64,000 nt of DNA from assembly GCF_009914755.1 (NCBI RefSeq), contig NC_060938.1, one strand, 5' to 3'. Positions within the stretch are counted from its first letter, which is position 1. Each line of letters opens with the position of its first letter. Below, piece by piece: positions 21,254 to 43,291 of this stretch. The notes under the pieces were generated by a model. The model was not told where the DNA came from. It made no database searches and saw nothing but the letters and a program-made list of their open reading frames with translations. A program made the position numbers and the translations under genes. The stretch is from the human T2T-CHM13v2.0 reference genome, Homo sapiens.

Positions 21254-21899
21254 GTAATAATTTTGTTAAACGGTATTTTGTATTGTAACTGTACTGTTAA
21301 AGAGAATTTTGGCGAATAGTTACTAGTGATGGAAGTTATTGACAATATTATTATAAAAAGCCTTTACGTCTATTATCTCAGAACAGATGGTGATAAAGAA
21401 TATCTGTACTTTCTGTCATCCATTCAAATCAGTGTCTTCACTGCCTTTTGCTGTTATTGTTGTTTTCTTTTTCTTTTCTTCTATTTTAAGACTAACCAGA
21501 TAATTAGTGTCAGATGTAGATCATGAGAGCCTAGTCATGGTTGGGACAGTGATCTAAAATAGGGTATGAAAGGAGTTTTGAAATTAATAAAGATTGGTAG
21601 TGGATATGCGGTGTCTCTTCTTGGCGGCTAGGTAAAATAATGACATAATGTATGCCACATACCTAACACAGTGCCTTCCAGTTGAGTACTCCAGGAATAT
21701 AAAATAAGATGAAGTAGTGGGATGTGGTTGCAAACATCATTCATATCTTTGCACTGAATGAAGTTGACTTTCTGTTTCCCTCTTCTCCTAAGGGGGATTT
21801 TGCCTCTTCTACTCAAGGTCCAGGTCATTAATATTTTATGCTTAATAGTTTGAAAGCCTTTGTAGGCCATAGGGGATAAAGGTGGTGGGGACTCATTAA

Positions 21900-22300
21900 A
21901 AAATGTTTGGCTGGGATAACACTTAAGATTTGAAAGAGATTAGAGAGAAGAAGGCTAAAGACAGAGTATCTAATGAGGGGTAGAAGGGATGTAGGATGAC
22001 TTCCAGATTTCTGACTTGGAAAACTGTGAAGATTGTGAGTTCTGGGTGGAGAGCAGGTTTAGGGGGAACGTGGAAAGATGATTTAGATGTGTTGAGTTTG
22101 AGGTGTCTATGAGGAATTCAGCTGTAGATATTCATTAGGCGATACTTGATAGAAGTATGGATCTTGCTGGAGAGTTCTGAGGTAGATAGAGATACAGATT
22201 TGGAAATTATAAACATATAGATGGTAGTTAAAACTATAGTAGTTGGTGATGATAGGAGGAGATTATAGAGCAAGAATAAAAGAGGGAAAGGTAGGGAAAG
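21900..22300. mobile_element. L2 fragment
   Basis: Degenerate L2-like purine-rich text (tgttgagtttgaggtgtct, tttggaaattat...atagatggtagttaaa). Confidence 0.55.
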
Positions 22301-22734
22301 TTAATTTCATTTAGGGCAAAGACATGAATTTCTCTGCCAGTTTTTGAATTTGTATAGTCATTTCTTTGGGGACTGTAAACGTTATTGTATTATATCTCTG
22401 TATTAGGGATAATTGTCATCTTTTTTAATAATTGATCTTCCTAATTATATTCAGGAAATGAATATAATATATTTTTCCACTTATTGATATCATTCCAAAT
22501 TAAATTAATACATAGCATGTTAAAAATTTCCATCTGAGAGGGGCATTTAAAAAATTTTAGCTTGAGGCCAGGAGTTTGAGATCAGCTTGGGCAACATAGT
22601 GAGACCCTGTGTCTACAAAAATGAAATGAAATAATAAAACACTTAAAAATTTTTTAAAATTCAAACTGTATGGAATACGTTTTGAAGATTTAGCTGGTAA
22701 TTATTTTATTTTCAAAACATTTCTAGGCATTAGA

Positions 22735-23163
22735 TTTTTTTTTAACAGCAAGGCTTTATGAATATAATGAAACATGCATTGACTTCATTAATAACCAGAC
22801 AGCCCTGACAGCTTACACCGCATTGAATATTCCAGATATACATTCCAATAGGTACACCTGCTCCATGAGGCACACACCACCATTTCCTCTTCTACAAGAT
22901 GCTTGAGAATTCTTCGTGAAAAGAAGTAATGTATTTGGCTTACTTTTCATATGTAATAGTTCTGGAAGGCATATTGATACATGTGCCATATAACAACAAA
23001 ATGATTTCACTCAAAACTGCCTCACAATCTGAAAGAACACTTTGAATTTTGGCTATCATACAAAACATTTTTAAAAGCATCAATCCAGTAAGCAATCTTT
23101 TTGTCTTCCTTACTGCACTCATGACTTTTCAAAAATCCTTCTATTATATGTAAGGACCATCAC
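22735..23163 (-). pseudogene. Possible 5'-truncated retrocopy fragment, parent unknown
   Basis: T9 tract, CATAAA 13 nt upstream of the tail on the minus strand, degenerate TSD ttctag(g)catta. Confidence 0.35.
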
Positions 23164-24643
23164 TTCTAGCATTAAGCTAAACTGAAAATGGTCACTAGGG
23201 ATATTTTATCTTGCATCAGTTTTTAATTATAATTTTACTTGTTTCTGAAGAATAATAAGTATAATGTTATGTCTTCATATGCAATCTGTACCATATTTTT
23301 AAAAGCTCGATAAATATTTTTTCAGTATTAATCAAGATTCAGTGTTAGTCTCATTGGATTTGTTTTTGTCTTGGGTTGAAATTGGAGTGATTTTTGGATA
23401 ATCTGGTTTTATTGTTTAATCCTGTGTTTAATTTGGGAACTATGGTATACTGAGAGCTGTTCCTGCAAATCAGTCTACTTGGAAGTGCATTTTCCTCTGT
23501 ATTGGGAAATGAAGTGGTATATGGGAATCTGGCAAATTATCCCAGTATTAATCATACTAGAATGGGTGTCGAGTTCAAACCAGAAAGTGCAGATGGTGGT
23601 TTGGTGCTACCGAGGAAATGTTTTAGGATTTAAAAGGAAATTTAGATTTTAAAGATTACCTCAAATGACTATATTTTTTAATGAATACACTTAATTTATA
23701 TATTGTGAGCTGGGCGCAGTGGCTTGAACCTGTAATTCCAGCACTTTGGAAGGCCAATGCCAGGGATCACTTGAGGCCAGGAGTTCAAGACTGGCCTGGG
23801 CAGGGTGACTCTGCCTCTACAGAAAGTGAAAAAATTAGCTTTCACTACATTACAGGTATGCTGGCGCATACCTGTAGCCCCAGCTGCTTGGGAGGCCAAG
23901 GCAGGAGGATCACTTGAGCCCCAGAGGTTGAGGCTACAGTGAGCTATGATGGATGGCATCACTGTGCTCCAGCCTGGGTGACAGAGTAAGACCCTGTTTC
24001 TAAAAAAAAAATTTTTTGTGAGCTTTCCACATAAAATGTAACTTAAAAAAAAATCTTTCCCAAAATTTCAAATATAATTTCGTATTGCTATTTAAAATTC
24101 TGTGCAGTTTTATCTGTTAAGATTTCTCTTAATCTGTCAAGTGTGCATATGGGTATAGCCGTAAGGCTGAACTGTGGCCCAGACAATGGAAACTGAACTT
24201 TCTTCCTCTTCCATTTGACCTTAAAGCAGTCCTTTTGAGTTTTTTTTTTTCTTTTGTAGAGACCAGGTTTCACCATGTTGCCCAGGCTGGTCTTGAACTC
24301 TTGAGCTAAAGTGAACCACCCACCTTGGCCTCCCAAAAGTGTTGAGATTACAAGCGTGAGCCACTGTGCCCAGCACCTTTGAGTATTTTGATTTGCCCTT
24401 TGAGTATTTTGATGTTGCAGTTTTTTCTGTAGAAGAAGCCCTACTGTGTTCTTGATCAGCATAGAGAATAAACCTAAATCATTTGCTCTTCAGATAATAT
24501 AACTGGTGGTAGTTCACTCACTAGACCATCAATATACTGATGAAGGAATAATGATAAGGGACCATGTATAATAGGTTGTTTAACAGAACCACTGTTATTT
24601 TTGCATTGAACAGATGAAACTAAAGAACTTTTTTTTTCTTAAG

Positions 24644-24721
24644 GTTGTAAGAGAACTAGTCAAATATACAAATCACTTTAGAATCTTGGCTCTAAGTGCC
24701 ACACCAGGTAGTGATATAAAG
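24644..24721 (+). CDS. FANCM: FANCM exon 3 (c.682-759)
   Basis: cttaag/gtaagt; VVRELVKYTNHFRILALSATPGSDIK (motif III SAT); 78 nt. Confidence 0.96.
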
Positions 24722-25474
24722 GTAAGTAAAATGTTTTTCCATTTATTACAGTTAAGAAAATAAAGCTTTTGGCCAGGTGCAGTGAGTCATACCTGTAATC
24801 CTAGTGCTTTGGGAGGTGGAGATGGGAGGATCACTTGAGGCCAGGAATTCCAGACCAGCCTGGGCAACATGGTGAGACCTATCTCTACAAAAAATTAAAA
24901 AAATAGTGAGCATGGTGGCACACATCTGTAGTCCCAGCTACTCCAGAGGCTGAGTCAGGAAGATTGCTTGAGCTTAGGAGATGGAGGCTGCAGTTAGCTA
25001 TGATTGCCACTGTGCTGCAGCCTTGGTGACAGAGCAAGACCCGTAATCCCAGCACTCTGGGAGGCCAAGGTGGGCGGATCACAAGGTCAGGAGATCCAGA
25101 CCATCCTGGTTAACACGGTGAAACCCGGTGTCTACCAAAAATACAAAAAATTAACCGGGCGTGGTGGTGGGCACCTGTAGTCCCAGCTACTCAGGAGGCT
25201 GAGGCAGGAGAATGGCGTGAACTCGGGAGGCGGAGCTTGCAATGAGCCAAGATCTAGCCACTGCACTCCAGCCTGGGCGACAGAGCGAGGCTCCGTCTCA
25301 AAAAAAAAAAAAAAAAAAAAGAAAGCAAAAAACAAAAAACATAAATGAATAATCCAAATAATAAGAACTTTTATATGGGGCCAGATCAGTTTTCCATTTT
25401 GGTATTTATCTAGTTTAACATGAGAACTACAACATTTCCTACAACCTGCCTAGCTTTTTTTCAGTGGTTGCAGG

Positions 25475-25620
25475 ACTCCCCTCCCCTCCCCTCCCCTCCC
25501 CTTTCTCCTCTGTTCTCCTCCCCCTCCCCTCCCCTTCCTCCTCCCTGTTCCCTTCCCCTTACCTTACGTTCCCCTCCTTTCCTCTCCTTTCCTTTCTTTC
25601 TTTCTCTTTTTTTTTTTTTT
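25475..25620. repeat. C/T-rich polypyrimidine low-complexity tract
   Basis: (cccct)n and (tttc)n runs abutting an Alu T-tail. Confidence 0.9.
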
Positions 25621-25622
25621 GA

Positions 25623-25943
<321 letters not shown>

Positions 25944-26019
25944 TAAGAATCCCTAAAACCTGTTAAAAATACAGGATATTTTTAAATAGTAAAATGATTT
26001 TTAAAAGTTGTTACTGTTT

Positions 26020-27640
<1,621 letters not shown>

Positions 27641-27655
27641 AGACCTGTCCTATAA

Positions 27656-28003
<348 letters not shown>

Positions 28004-29654
28004 TGAGTAAGGATTTTATTGGATACATTCTGTGGCAGCCTTTTAAAACTTTTTTTTTTTATTTTTATGGGTACATAGTAGGTATATATATTTATGGTAT
28101 ATATGAGATATTTTGATACAGGCATGCAGTGCATAATAATCACATCAGGCTAATGGGGTATCCATCACCTTAAGCATTTATTCTTTTTGTTACAATCCAG
28201 TTATACTCTTTTAGTTATTTTAAAATGTAAACTTATTACTGACTATAGTCACCCTATTATGCTATCAAATATTAGATCTTATTTATTCTATTTTTTTGTA
28301 CCCATTAATGTAGTGTCCCCTCCACCCCCCTCGCCCACTACCCTTCCCAGCCTCTGTAATCATCCTTCTACTCTCTATCTCTATGAGTTCAATTACTTTA
28401 ATTTTTAGCTCCCACTAAAAAGTTAGAACGTGTGAAGTTTGTCAGCAAGTTCCTCCAGGCCCCGGGCAAGTCCAGAGATGCCATCTAGGAGCCAGAAACT
28501 AGAGTCAGAAACCTTAGAAATCTACCTTGTGCTCTATACTACTGCAGCTAAGCTTGCACTCAAAGCACAAGATGAAGTCCTTCTCACTCTTTCTTTCCAC
28601 AGGCAGAGGAGCCTCTCCCCATGGTCACCACTACCATAGGCCCATGAGGTGTACTGCCAGTCTACTGCTGATTTTCATTTAAGGCCCAAGGACTCTTCAG
28701 TCAGCTTGTGCTGAATGCTGCCAGGCCTGGGACTCACCCTTCAGAGAAGTGGGTTCCCCTCTGGCCTGGGACAGTTTCAGAAATGCTGTTCAAGAGTCAA
28801 GGCCTGGAATCAGGTCCCCAAGAGCCCATTTGTTGCCCTTCCCCACTGTGGCTGAGCTGGTACCTGAGGTGTAAGACAAAGTCTCCTTTACTTCTGCTTT
28901 TCTCAAGCAGAAGTTTCTCATCATAGCCATCATTGCTAGAGATGTGCTGGGTTTCACTGGAAGCCAGCATGTCTAAGAGTCTCACCCAAGGCCCATGACA
29001 TATTACCTGGGTATTGCTGATGGTTATTTAGGGCCCAAGGGCTCTTTAGTCAGCAGGTAATGAATCTTGCCAGGACTGTGTTCTTCCCTTCAAGGTAGCG
29101 GGTTTCCTTCTGGCCCAGGGTACGTCTAGAAAAGTTGTCAGGGAGCTAGGGTCAGGAACGGAGACCTCATGACTCTGCCCTGTCCTGTTGTGGCTGAGCT
29201 GATATCCAGGATGCAAGACAAAGTCCTCTTTACTCTTCCCTCTTTTTTCCTCAAGCAGAAGGAAGGAGTCACTTTCGTTTATGTGAGCTGCCCAGACTGG
29301 GGTTGAATGAAGGGTGGTGCAATCACTCCTTTAACTGTCCCACCTGGTGTCTCACTAGGTCACGTGCCCCCCATGTTCATCGTCTCCAGAGCATTTGCAG
29401 GAACTTAAGTTCCAACCACTAGGATGGGGAATTCCCTTCTAGCTAGGGCTGGTCTAAATTCTCCTTCTGTGGTGGCATTGACTGAGTTCCACCTGGTTTT
29501 GCTTTTCACTGTGACAGAGCAACACTTAGTTCAATGCACAGTCTCCCAGAAACTGCACTCTCCTTCCCCCAGGTTCTTAGATTCTTTCTCCACACCACAG
29601 GGCCTCTGGGGGATGAGGGAGGGGTGGTGTCCATGATTCAAGATTGTGTTTCCT

Positions 29655-30303
<649 letters not shown>

Positions 30304-30592
30304 TTAGCAATATGAAGTGAATACCAGGTACTGTGATTGCTCACTTGATTTTTGGTTCTTATGAAGGTGCTTTTTTTGTGTAGATAGTTGTCAAATTTGA
30401 TGTTCTGTGTGGGCGATTATCTGTATTTCCATCTTGCTCCATGCTTCCAATGATAGCTTTTAACTCTTGCAAGCTGCAAGACTTTTTTCTTCTATCCTTT
30501 TTTTTGATGAGCTTAGAAATTCTATCCTATCTCTGGTTTTCTCCCTGACCTCGTTTAAACATTCATGTTTTTCAGTCAGCTTAAAAATGTCA

Positions 30593-32262
<1,670 letters not shown>

Positions 32263-32847
32263 TTACATACTCTCAGGATCCTCTCTTTTTTTTTTCTTTT
32301 TAATTGTTAATCGCACTGTCAGTACCATAGTCTCCTGCTACAGAATACAACAGATTATATGTTTTTTCTCCAGTTTCCTAATTTTACAATGAAGTCTCTT
32401 TATAAGCTTTGGGTACATGAAATTTAGTCCTGGAAATATATTCACATCATATATGTTGATTTAAATGGAAAATATTCTACTAATTTATCAATAATTGATT
32501 GAGTATTGCTAATCTGAAATTTTTGTCTGAGTCTTTATAAAGACTCTATTTGTAAAGTACCAAACTACATTTGAGGAACTTTTTGGACATTTACAAATAT
32601 TCTTATTTCTCGGATGCTTGGCTTGAAGGTCTGTGTGGGGAAAAGATGTTTCGGAAGCACTTTTCACCTGTTGTGCTACTTCTGATGTACTTTTTTTATA
32701 GGCTTATCTTCTTTCTTTTTTGTTACTTAATGATATAAATTTCTGGTGCTTCTTTCAAAATTTTACTGCTATTTTATTTCTGTTAGTGACTTAAACTAAA
32801 AAATTTTAACATGTAGTTTATAATCATACTTAATTGATTTCATATAG

Positions 32848-33006
32848 GCTGTGCAACAAGTTATTACTAACCTGCTAATTGGGCAGATAGAGCTTCGTTC
32901 TGAAGATTCTCCAGATATTTTGACATATTCTCATGAAAGAAAAGTTGAAAAGCTTATTGTTCCGCTTGGTGAAGAACTTGCAGCCATCCAAAAGACCTAT
33001 ATCCAG
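32848..33006 (+). CDS. FANCM: FANCM exon 4 (c.760-918)
   Basis: atatag/gtaaac; AVQQVITNLLIGQIELRSEDSPDILTYSHERK...; 159 nt. Confidence 0.96.
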
Positions 33007-33296
33007 GTAAACCATTTTTATGACATTTAGGGATTTCATAAATAAACTGGTAATTGAATTATTTCAGCTAACAGGATTTGGATGTGATAATATAGTTATC
33101 TTATTTTTATATAATTGATATGTTGAAAAAATTCTTTGAAGTTAAAATTTTTGGAATGAGCACTGTGTTTTGTATGTACTAGCAAACTGTTATTGAAAGG
33201 GAAAATACAAAAGATGGGCCATTTGTAAAGCAAATAATAGCCTTACATGGTTTTGTATTTTTTTAAGTAAACCTTATAACTGGAATATAGAACATG

Positions 33297-33320
33297 CACA
33301 CACACACACACACACACACA
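33297..33320. repeat. (CA)n microsatellite
   Basis: About 12 CA units. Confidence 0.95.
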
Positions 33321-33424
33321 AACAGCAAAAGTAGACAAAGCATAAGTGTATTGCTCAGTGAATTTTCACAAATTGCACACACCCGTAACATGAACACGTA
33401 CTGAGATTCAGCCAGAAGTTTCTT

Positions 33425-33727
<303 letters not shown>

Positions 33728-33741
33728 TGATCTTTATGCAG

Positions 33742-34004
33742 CAGTGCTTTTCATCTGGAAATTACTTCACCTACCTGGCAACATTTGGCAATGACTTGAC
33801 ACATTTTTGGTTCTTACAACAACAACAACAACAACAAAAAGGCAGGAGAGAAGGGGGAGGTAACAGGTGAAATGTGGAGTTATTATTGGCATCTAGTATA
33901 TGGAGGCCAGGAATCAGCTAAACATCCTACAATGGATAGGACAGCAACCCCACAACAAAGAATTATCTGGCTCAAATGTCAATATTATAGCTGTTAAGGA
34001 CCTG
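33742..34004. mobile_element. MER20 (hAT-Charlie) with internal (CAA)n
   Basis: acatttggcaatg...tggcatctagt...ggaggccagg...gctaaacatcctacaatg...caacaaagaattatc. Confidence 0.75.
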
Positions 34005-35407
34005 CTTAGACAATTGTCATTTTCACTGGGAGAAATTTGTGGTAACACATTGTTTTTCTGTAGTTCATAATTAGTGTCATGGTTGAACAACATGGTTTCA
34101 CATTTTCATTGCCATGGATTAAAGATGGTTACAGAAATAGATAACCAAAAAGTTATCTGTCACTTAATCTATAGTAAGCCTTTCTTAAAGAGACATTTTG
34201 TAGTAATACAGCTTTTTTGTTTTTAAATTGTTTGTAACAAAATTCTAAGCATTATTGAGTTAAGATATGGCAAAGTCTTTTTGTAATTGTCTCTTTGATA
34301 CTAGTGCATTTTTAATTGAAAATCATTCCATTTATAACAATGTAAATATGATAATTCTTATAATCATATACAAATGTAATTTAATTTTGTTAGTATTTTT
34401 AGAGTGCCTTATTAGGCAGTATGATCAGCAAAGTTGGAAGGGAGGAAAAAAAATGTATTAAACTAGCCATAATTTAGAAAATACAAATTAGGCAAAAATT
34501 TAAACACTTACATACTGCGGTAGTAGGTCTTCATCTATAGGTCTCCTTTTGTGCCATTAAGCTCATTTCCGCCTCAGGACTTTTTGTTTGCTGTCTCCTC
34601 TCTCTGGAATCCTTTGTCCTTAGAACCTCACATGGTAGACATACCTTATCATTCACATGTGAACTCAAATGTTCTCTTCTCAAAGAGAGTCTTTGTTCAC
34701 CTTATTTAATAATGATCCCTTTCCTCTCAAAGACTCTACAGCATTATTGTGTTTTAGATTCTTAAATGCATTTGTTATAATGAAAATGATCTACTTTCTT
34801 TGTTCGCTTCTTTATTCTTCGGTTCCCTCCATTGGAATGTAAACTATATGAGAGCAGTGACAAATAAAGTCTTAGCCACACTATCCCCAGCATTTAGAAC
34901 AGTGCCTGTTACATAGTAGATGGTTAATAAATATTTGTTGAAAAAAATGCATCAGTGAGTAAAATTAAATATATTCAGGACATTTCAATTTATTCAGTAC
35001 TTTACAAACTACTCTACAAATATCTGCTGAGGACCTAAGTGCCAAACTGGTCTAGATACTGAGGATGTAACAGTGCAGAAATCAAAGGTCTTCGTTCATG
35101 GTACTTACACTTAGATTATAGTGTGTGTAGGTTGAGAGAGAGAGGAGTTAAGAAATAAACAGATAAACGAATGTGTTGTTAAATTACAGTTGTATATAAT
35201 AATTGCTTATGTTGATTTTTATATGGATATTATTTGGGGATAGATGTCAAGTAGTTTTAAATGTTATCATTGCTGAGTTTACTTAAACATTCATTGTAAG
35301 ACAAACTTTATTAAATATATAATTCCTATTTTAATATGTGAGAAAATGATTGTACTTGAAAAAGGACTTTAGAGCAAGCTTAAACTAGATTGCTTTTAAA
35401 TTTGCAG

Positions 35408-35539
35408 ATTTTGGAATCATTTGCTCGTTCTTTGATTCAGAGGAATGTTTTGATGAGAAGGGATATCCCAAATCTAACAAAATATCAGATAATTCTGGCA
35501 AGAGATCAGTTTAGGAAAAACCCATCTCCGAATATTGTG
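35408..35539 (+). CDS. FANCM: FANCM exon 5 (c.919-1050)
   Basis: ttgcag/gtaggt; ILESFARSLIQRNVLMRRDIPNLTKYQIILARDQFRKNPSPNIV; 132 nt. Confidence 0.96.
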
Positions 35540-35574
35540 GTAGGTATTTTTAAATAAATTTTGATGACAGATTA

Positions 35575-36345
<771 letters not shown>

Positions 36346-36709
36346 CTTTCTTTTTAACTTTTAAGAAGAATTTGTCTTTTAGTCTATTTATTTTGTAAAG
36401 TCTCAAAGCCATGAGAAGGTAGATTGTAACTGAATTTTAGACACAGAACATTTATTCTTACTCTCAATACCAGAGTTTGAAGGAAGCATCACAGCAAGCT
36501 TCTTATTTCTAACCTGCATTGGAAAAAAATAAATGGATAAAAAAATATCTATCAAACTAGGTCCAAAGTCAGAGAAGACACTCATAGACACAAAAAAGGG
36601 CACCGAGTCGATCTTTGAACTGATAGGGAATGCCTGTGCAAAAGAACAGAGGCAATTGAATTAAAGCATGTGGGAGACAGTGAGCAGACCAATTTGGCTG
36701 AGGATTTGG

Positions 36710-36833
36710 AAACTGGATATGATAATATAGGTTGTACTACATGAGAGTAGCTTTAAGTATTATACCACGAAACCGGATATGATAATATAGGTTGTGACTA
36801 CATGAGAGTAACTTTAACTATTATACCACGAAA
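36710..36833. repeat. Tandem duplication, 2 x ~60 bp
   Basis: aaactggatatgataatataggttgtactac...tataccacg repeated with 3 substitutions and 1 indel. Confidence 0.92.
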
Positions 36834-37930
36834 TGTGGTCTTTATCATATAGTATCTGGGGAAGCACTAAAGGAGTCTTTTCTGCAAAATTATAGTATAT
36901 TATTATTTAAAACTTTAAAAAGATGTTTTGATTTCTGCTAGGAAATAGTAAATCTAAACCTGTTGAACTAGATCTTAACTGGAACTGGTGAGAGGTAATT
37001 AGGGTACCATTTTAGGGCATTTGTTAGTATCCTGGAATATTTAAAATCACTAACATTGATGTTAAGTGCTACTAAAAATGTTAGAAAACAGTAGTCTTCA
37101 TCTCAAAGGAAAATAATTAGAATATGTTCTCCATGCTCTCCTTAAAAACTATCTTATCAGATAGATACACATACCATGTACTTCCATAAAGGAATGTGTC
37201 CTTCATTTTTCCATGAGAGTAGTGGTTGAAAGCACAAGGCCTCTTAGCCAAAATTCCTGGGTCTAAATAGTGGTTCTGCTACTTAACATTTGTATGAGCT
37301 TCCTCATCTATAAAATGAGCATAACATAGCTACCTGCTAGATACTAAGATTAAGTGAATTGTGCAAGTAATGTGCTTAGAATAGTTTCTGGGGCTCAGTG
37401 TCAGATATTTTCACAGGACGTATACTTGGTATTAAAGGTTGGCATTAAAACAGTCTGATTAAATATTTGTACTTTTGCCAGTAACATTCATGAGGATAGG
37501 CCATATCTAACTTATTTCCCATTTCCATTGTATCTAGCTCAGTGCTTGACAGGTAGTAGATGCTTACTATATAGTTTTGAAAGAACAAATATATCTATAT
37601 ACTGCCAATTAATTTACCTGTAAAGAAAAACAATATAATTTTTTTTTCCTTTACTTATTATTTTTAAAATGTAAGTTTCCTGTTTAATTAAAGAAAAAGA
37701 AATAAAGGGGCAGATTTTACATACAAAATACATTGGTACCTTTCCATAGCAACATCCTATAAGATGACATTTAATAACCAATCGGTTATAGCAGTGTAGA
37801 AGGGAATGATGATTATGATCATTTGGATTATATTATAAATGTTACACTGACTATGGCCTGACAACTTGGGCATGGAGCATGTATGTTCATTTATTTCTCT
37901 GGTTAAATTTGACATATGCTGTTTTTCTAG

Positions 37931-38063
37931 GGAATACAACAAGGCATAATCGAGGGAGAGTTTGCTATTTGTATTAGTTTATATCATGGTTATGAATTAT
38001 TGCAGCAAATGGGAATGAGATCATTATATTTCTTCCTTTGTGGAATTATGGATGGAACTAAAG
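37931..38063 (+). CDS. FANCM: FANCM exon 6 (c.1051-1183)
   Basis: ttctag/gtaaat; [44 protein letters not shown]; 133 nt. Confidence 0.96.
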
Positions 38064-38071
38064 GTAAATTA

Positions 38072-38447
<376 letters not shown>

Positions 38448-38707
38448 TTACTTAAAAATGATTTATTTTAAAAAGCATTGGAATAATTAACAAATGGCCA
38501 TGTTTCTTTGTTTTTAATAAATTCCTGGAGAAAAGGAAACCATTCATTAATACATATATGAATGTAGAACTGCAAAAAGTTTCTGGTTTTCATGTTTACA
38601 CTTGAAAAACTTACATTCATTGCTAAAGTTTAATTTCTTTTTAATAAATAATACATTTTATCAGTTTTATTATTATTTATTTGAAAACCTTTTCTTAATT
38701 TCTGAAG

Positions 38708-38833
38708 GGATGACACGGTCAAAAAATGAACTTGGCCGAAATGAAGACTTCATGAAACTCTATAATCATCTAGAGTGTATGTTTGCACGTACACGTAGTA
38801 CTTCAGCAAATGGTATTTCTGCTATCCAACAAG
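38708..38833 (+). CDS. FANCM: FANCM exon 7 (c.1184-1309)
   Basis: ctgaag/gtctgg; (G)MTRSKNELGRNEDFMKLYNHLECMFARTRSTSANGISAIQQ; 126 nt. Confidence 0.95.
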
Positions 38834-39383
38834 GTCTGGTTTTTCTTTTAAAATTATGTATTGTGTTGTGTTTCTTAATCACAGTTAATTTTGAAATTTT
38901 GCTCCTTTGATGCAAATGTCTACAATTATTTATATTTTGTAGCAACAGATCTGTTAAATGTGTAAATATTTCATTTTTTAAGATTAATATATATTCAAAT
39001 TTAAAGTTTATATGCTTTAAACAATGTTTAAACTTCTTCAAACAAGTTTACAAACTTTAAACATATAACAGATGTTGGTAATTGTTAGTGGTAGTAAAAA
39101 TTCTCAGAACTATCAAAACCTGATTTATAGTTAGATATGTATTTTTGCTTTCTTTGCTACTGATTCCTCTTTAGGTTCTCTCAGAATGAAATTTTTATGA
39201 AAGTTCAAAGTTCATTTTACAGTAAGACTTACGTGCTACCTAGATGTTACCTCTGGTTTAAGTTTTTTAAAAATTAAAAAAAAATCCAACATATGCATTG
39301 GAAAAGATAACTTTCATATACATTAGTGTAATTGAATATGGAAAAAAACAGAAAAAAATTTTGATATTTTTGTTTTGTTCCAG

Positions 39384-39470
39384 GAGATAAAAATAAAAAA
39401 TTTGTTTATAGTCATCCAAAGTTAAAGAAATTAGAAGAAGTTGTAATTGAACACTTCAAGTCATGGAATG
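39384..39470 (+). CDS. FANCM: FANCM exon 8 (c.1310-1396)
   Basis: ttccag/gtaggt; (G)DKNKKFVYSHPKLKKLEEVVIEHFKSWN; 87 nt. Confidence 0.96.
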
Positions 39471-39534
39471 GTAGGTCATATTTAGTAGCTTTAAGGCAAG
39501 ACAAAGTTATTGCAAGAGGTAAAACTTTACTTAT

Positions 39535-42990
<3,456 letters not shown>

Positions 42991-43106
42991 TTTTTGAAAG
43001 AATTATCATTCGTTAGCATTAACACTTTCAGGTTTGTCTTTTGAACTATTTCTTGTCTAAATGCTTTGTAAAAAGTTGTAATTAAAGTTTTTATATATAT
43101 ATATAG

Positions 43107-43291
43107 CTGAAAACACTACTGAAAAGAAACGTGATGAGACCCGAGTTATGATCTTCTCTTCATTTCGAGATAGTGTTCAAGAAATTGCAGAAATGCTTTC
43201 ACAGCATCAGCCAATTATTAGAGTAATGACTTTTGTCGGCCATGCCTCAGGGAAAAGCACGAAGGGTTTTACCCAGAAGGAGCAACTGGAG
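43107..43291 (+). CDS. FANCM: FANCM exon 9 (c.1397-1581)
   Basis: (ta)n-ag/gtaatt; ...RVMIFSSFRDSVQEIAEML...GFTQKEQLE; 185 nt. Confidence 0.96.

Noticed and set aside
36592-36612. aaaaaagggcaccgagtcg resembles the SpCas9 tracrRNA/sgRNA scaffold end
   Set aside because: Only a 12-nt exact match, no other scaffold parts and no closing GTGC hairpin; chance
36710-36833. Direct repeats considered as a CRISPR-like array
   Set aside because: Two adjacent copies with no spacers in a human intron; a simple tandem duplication
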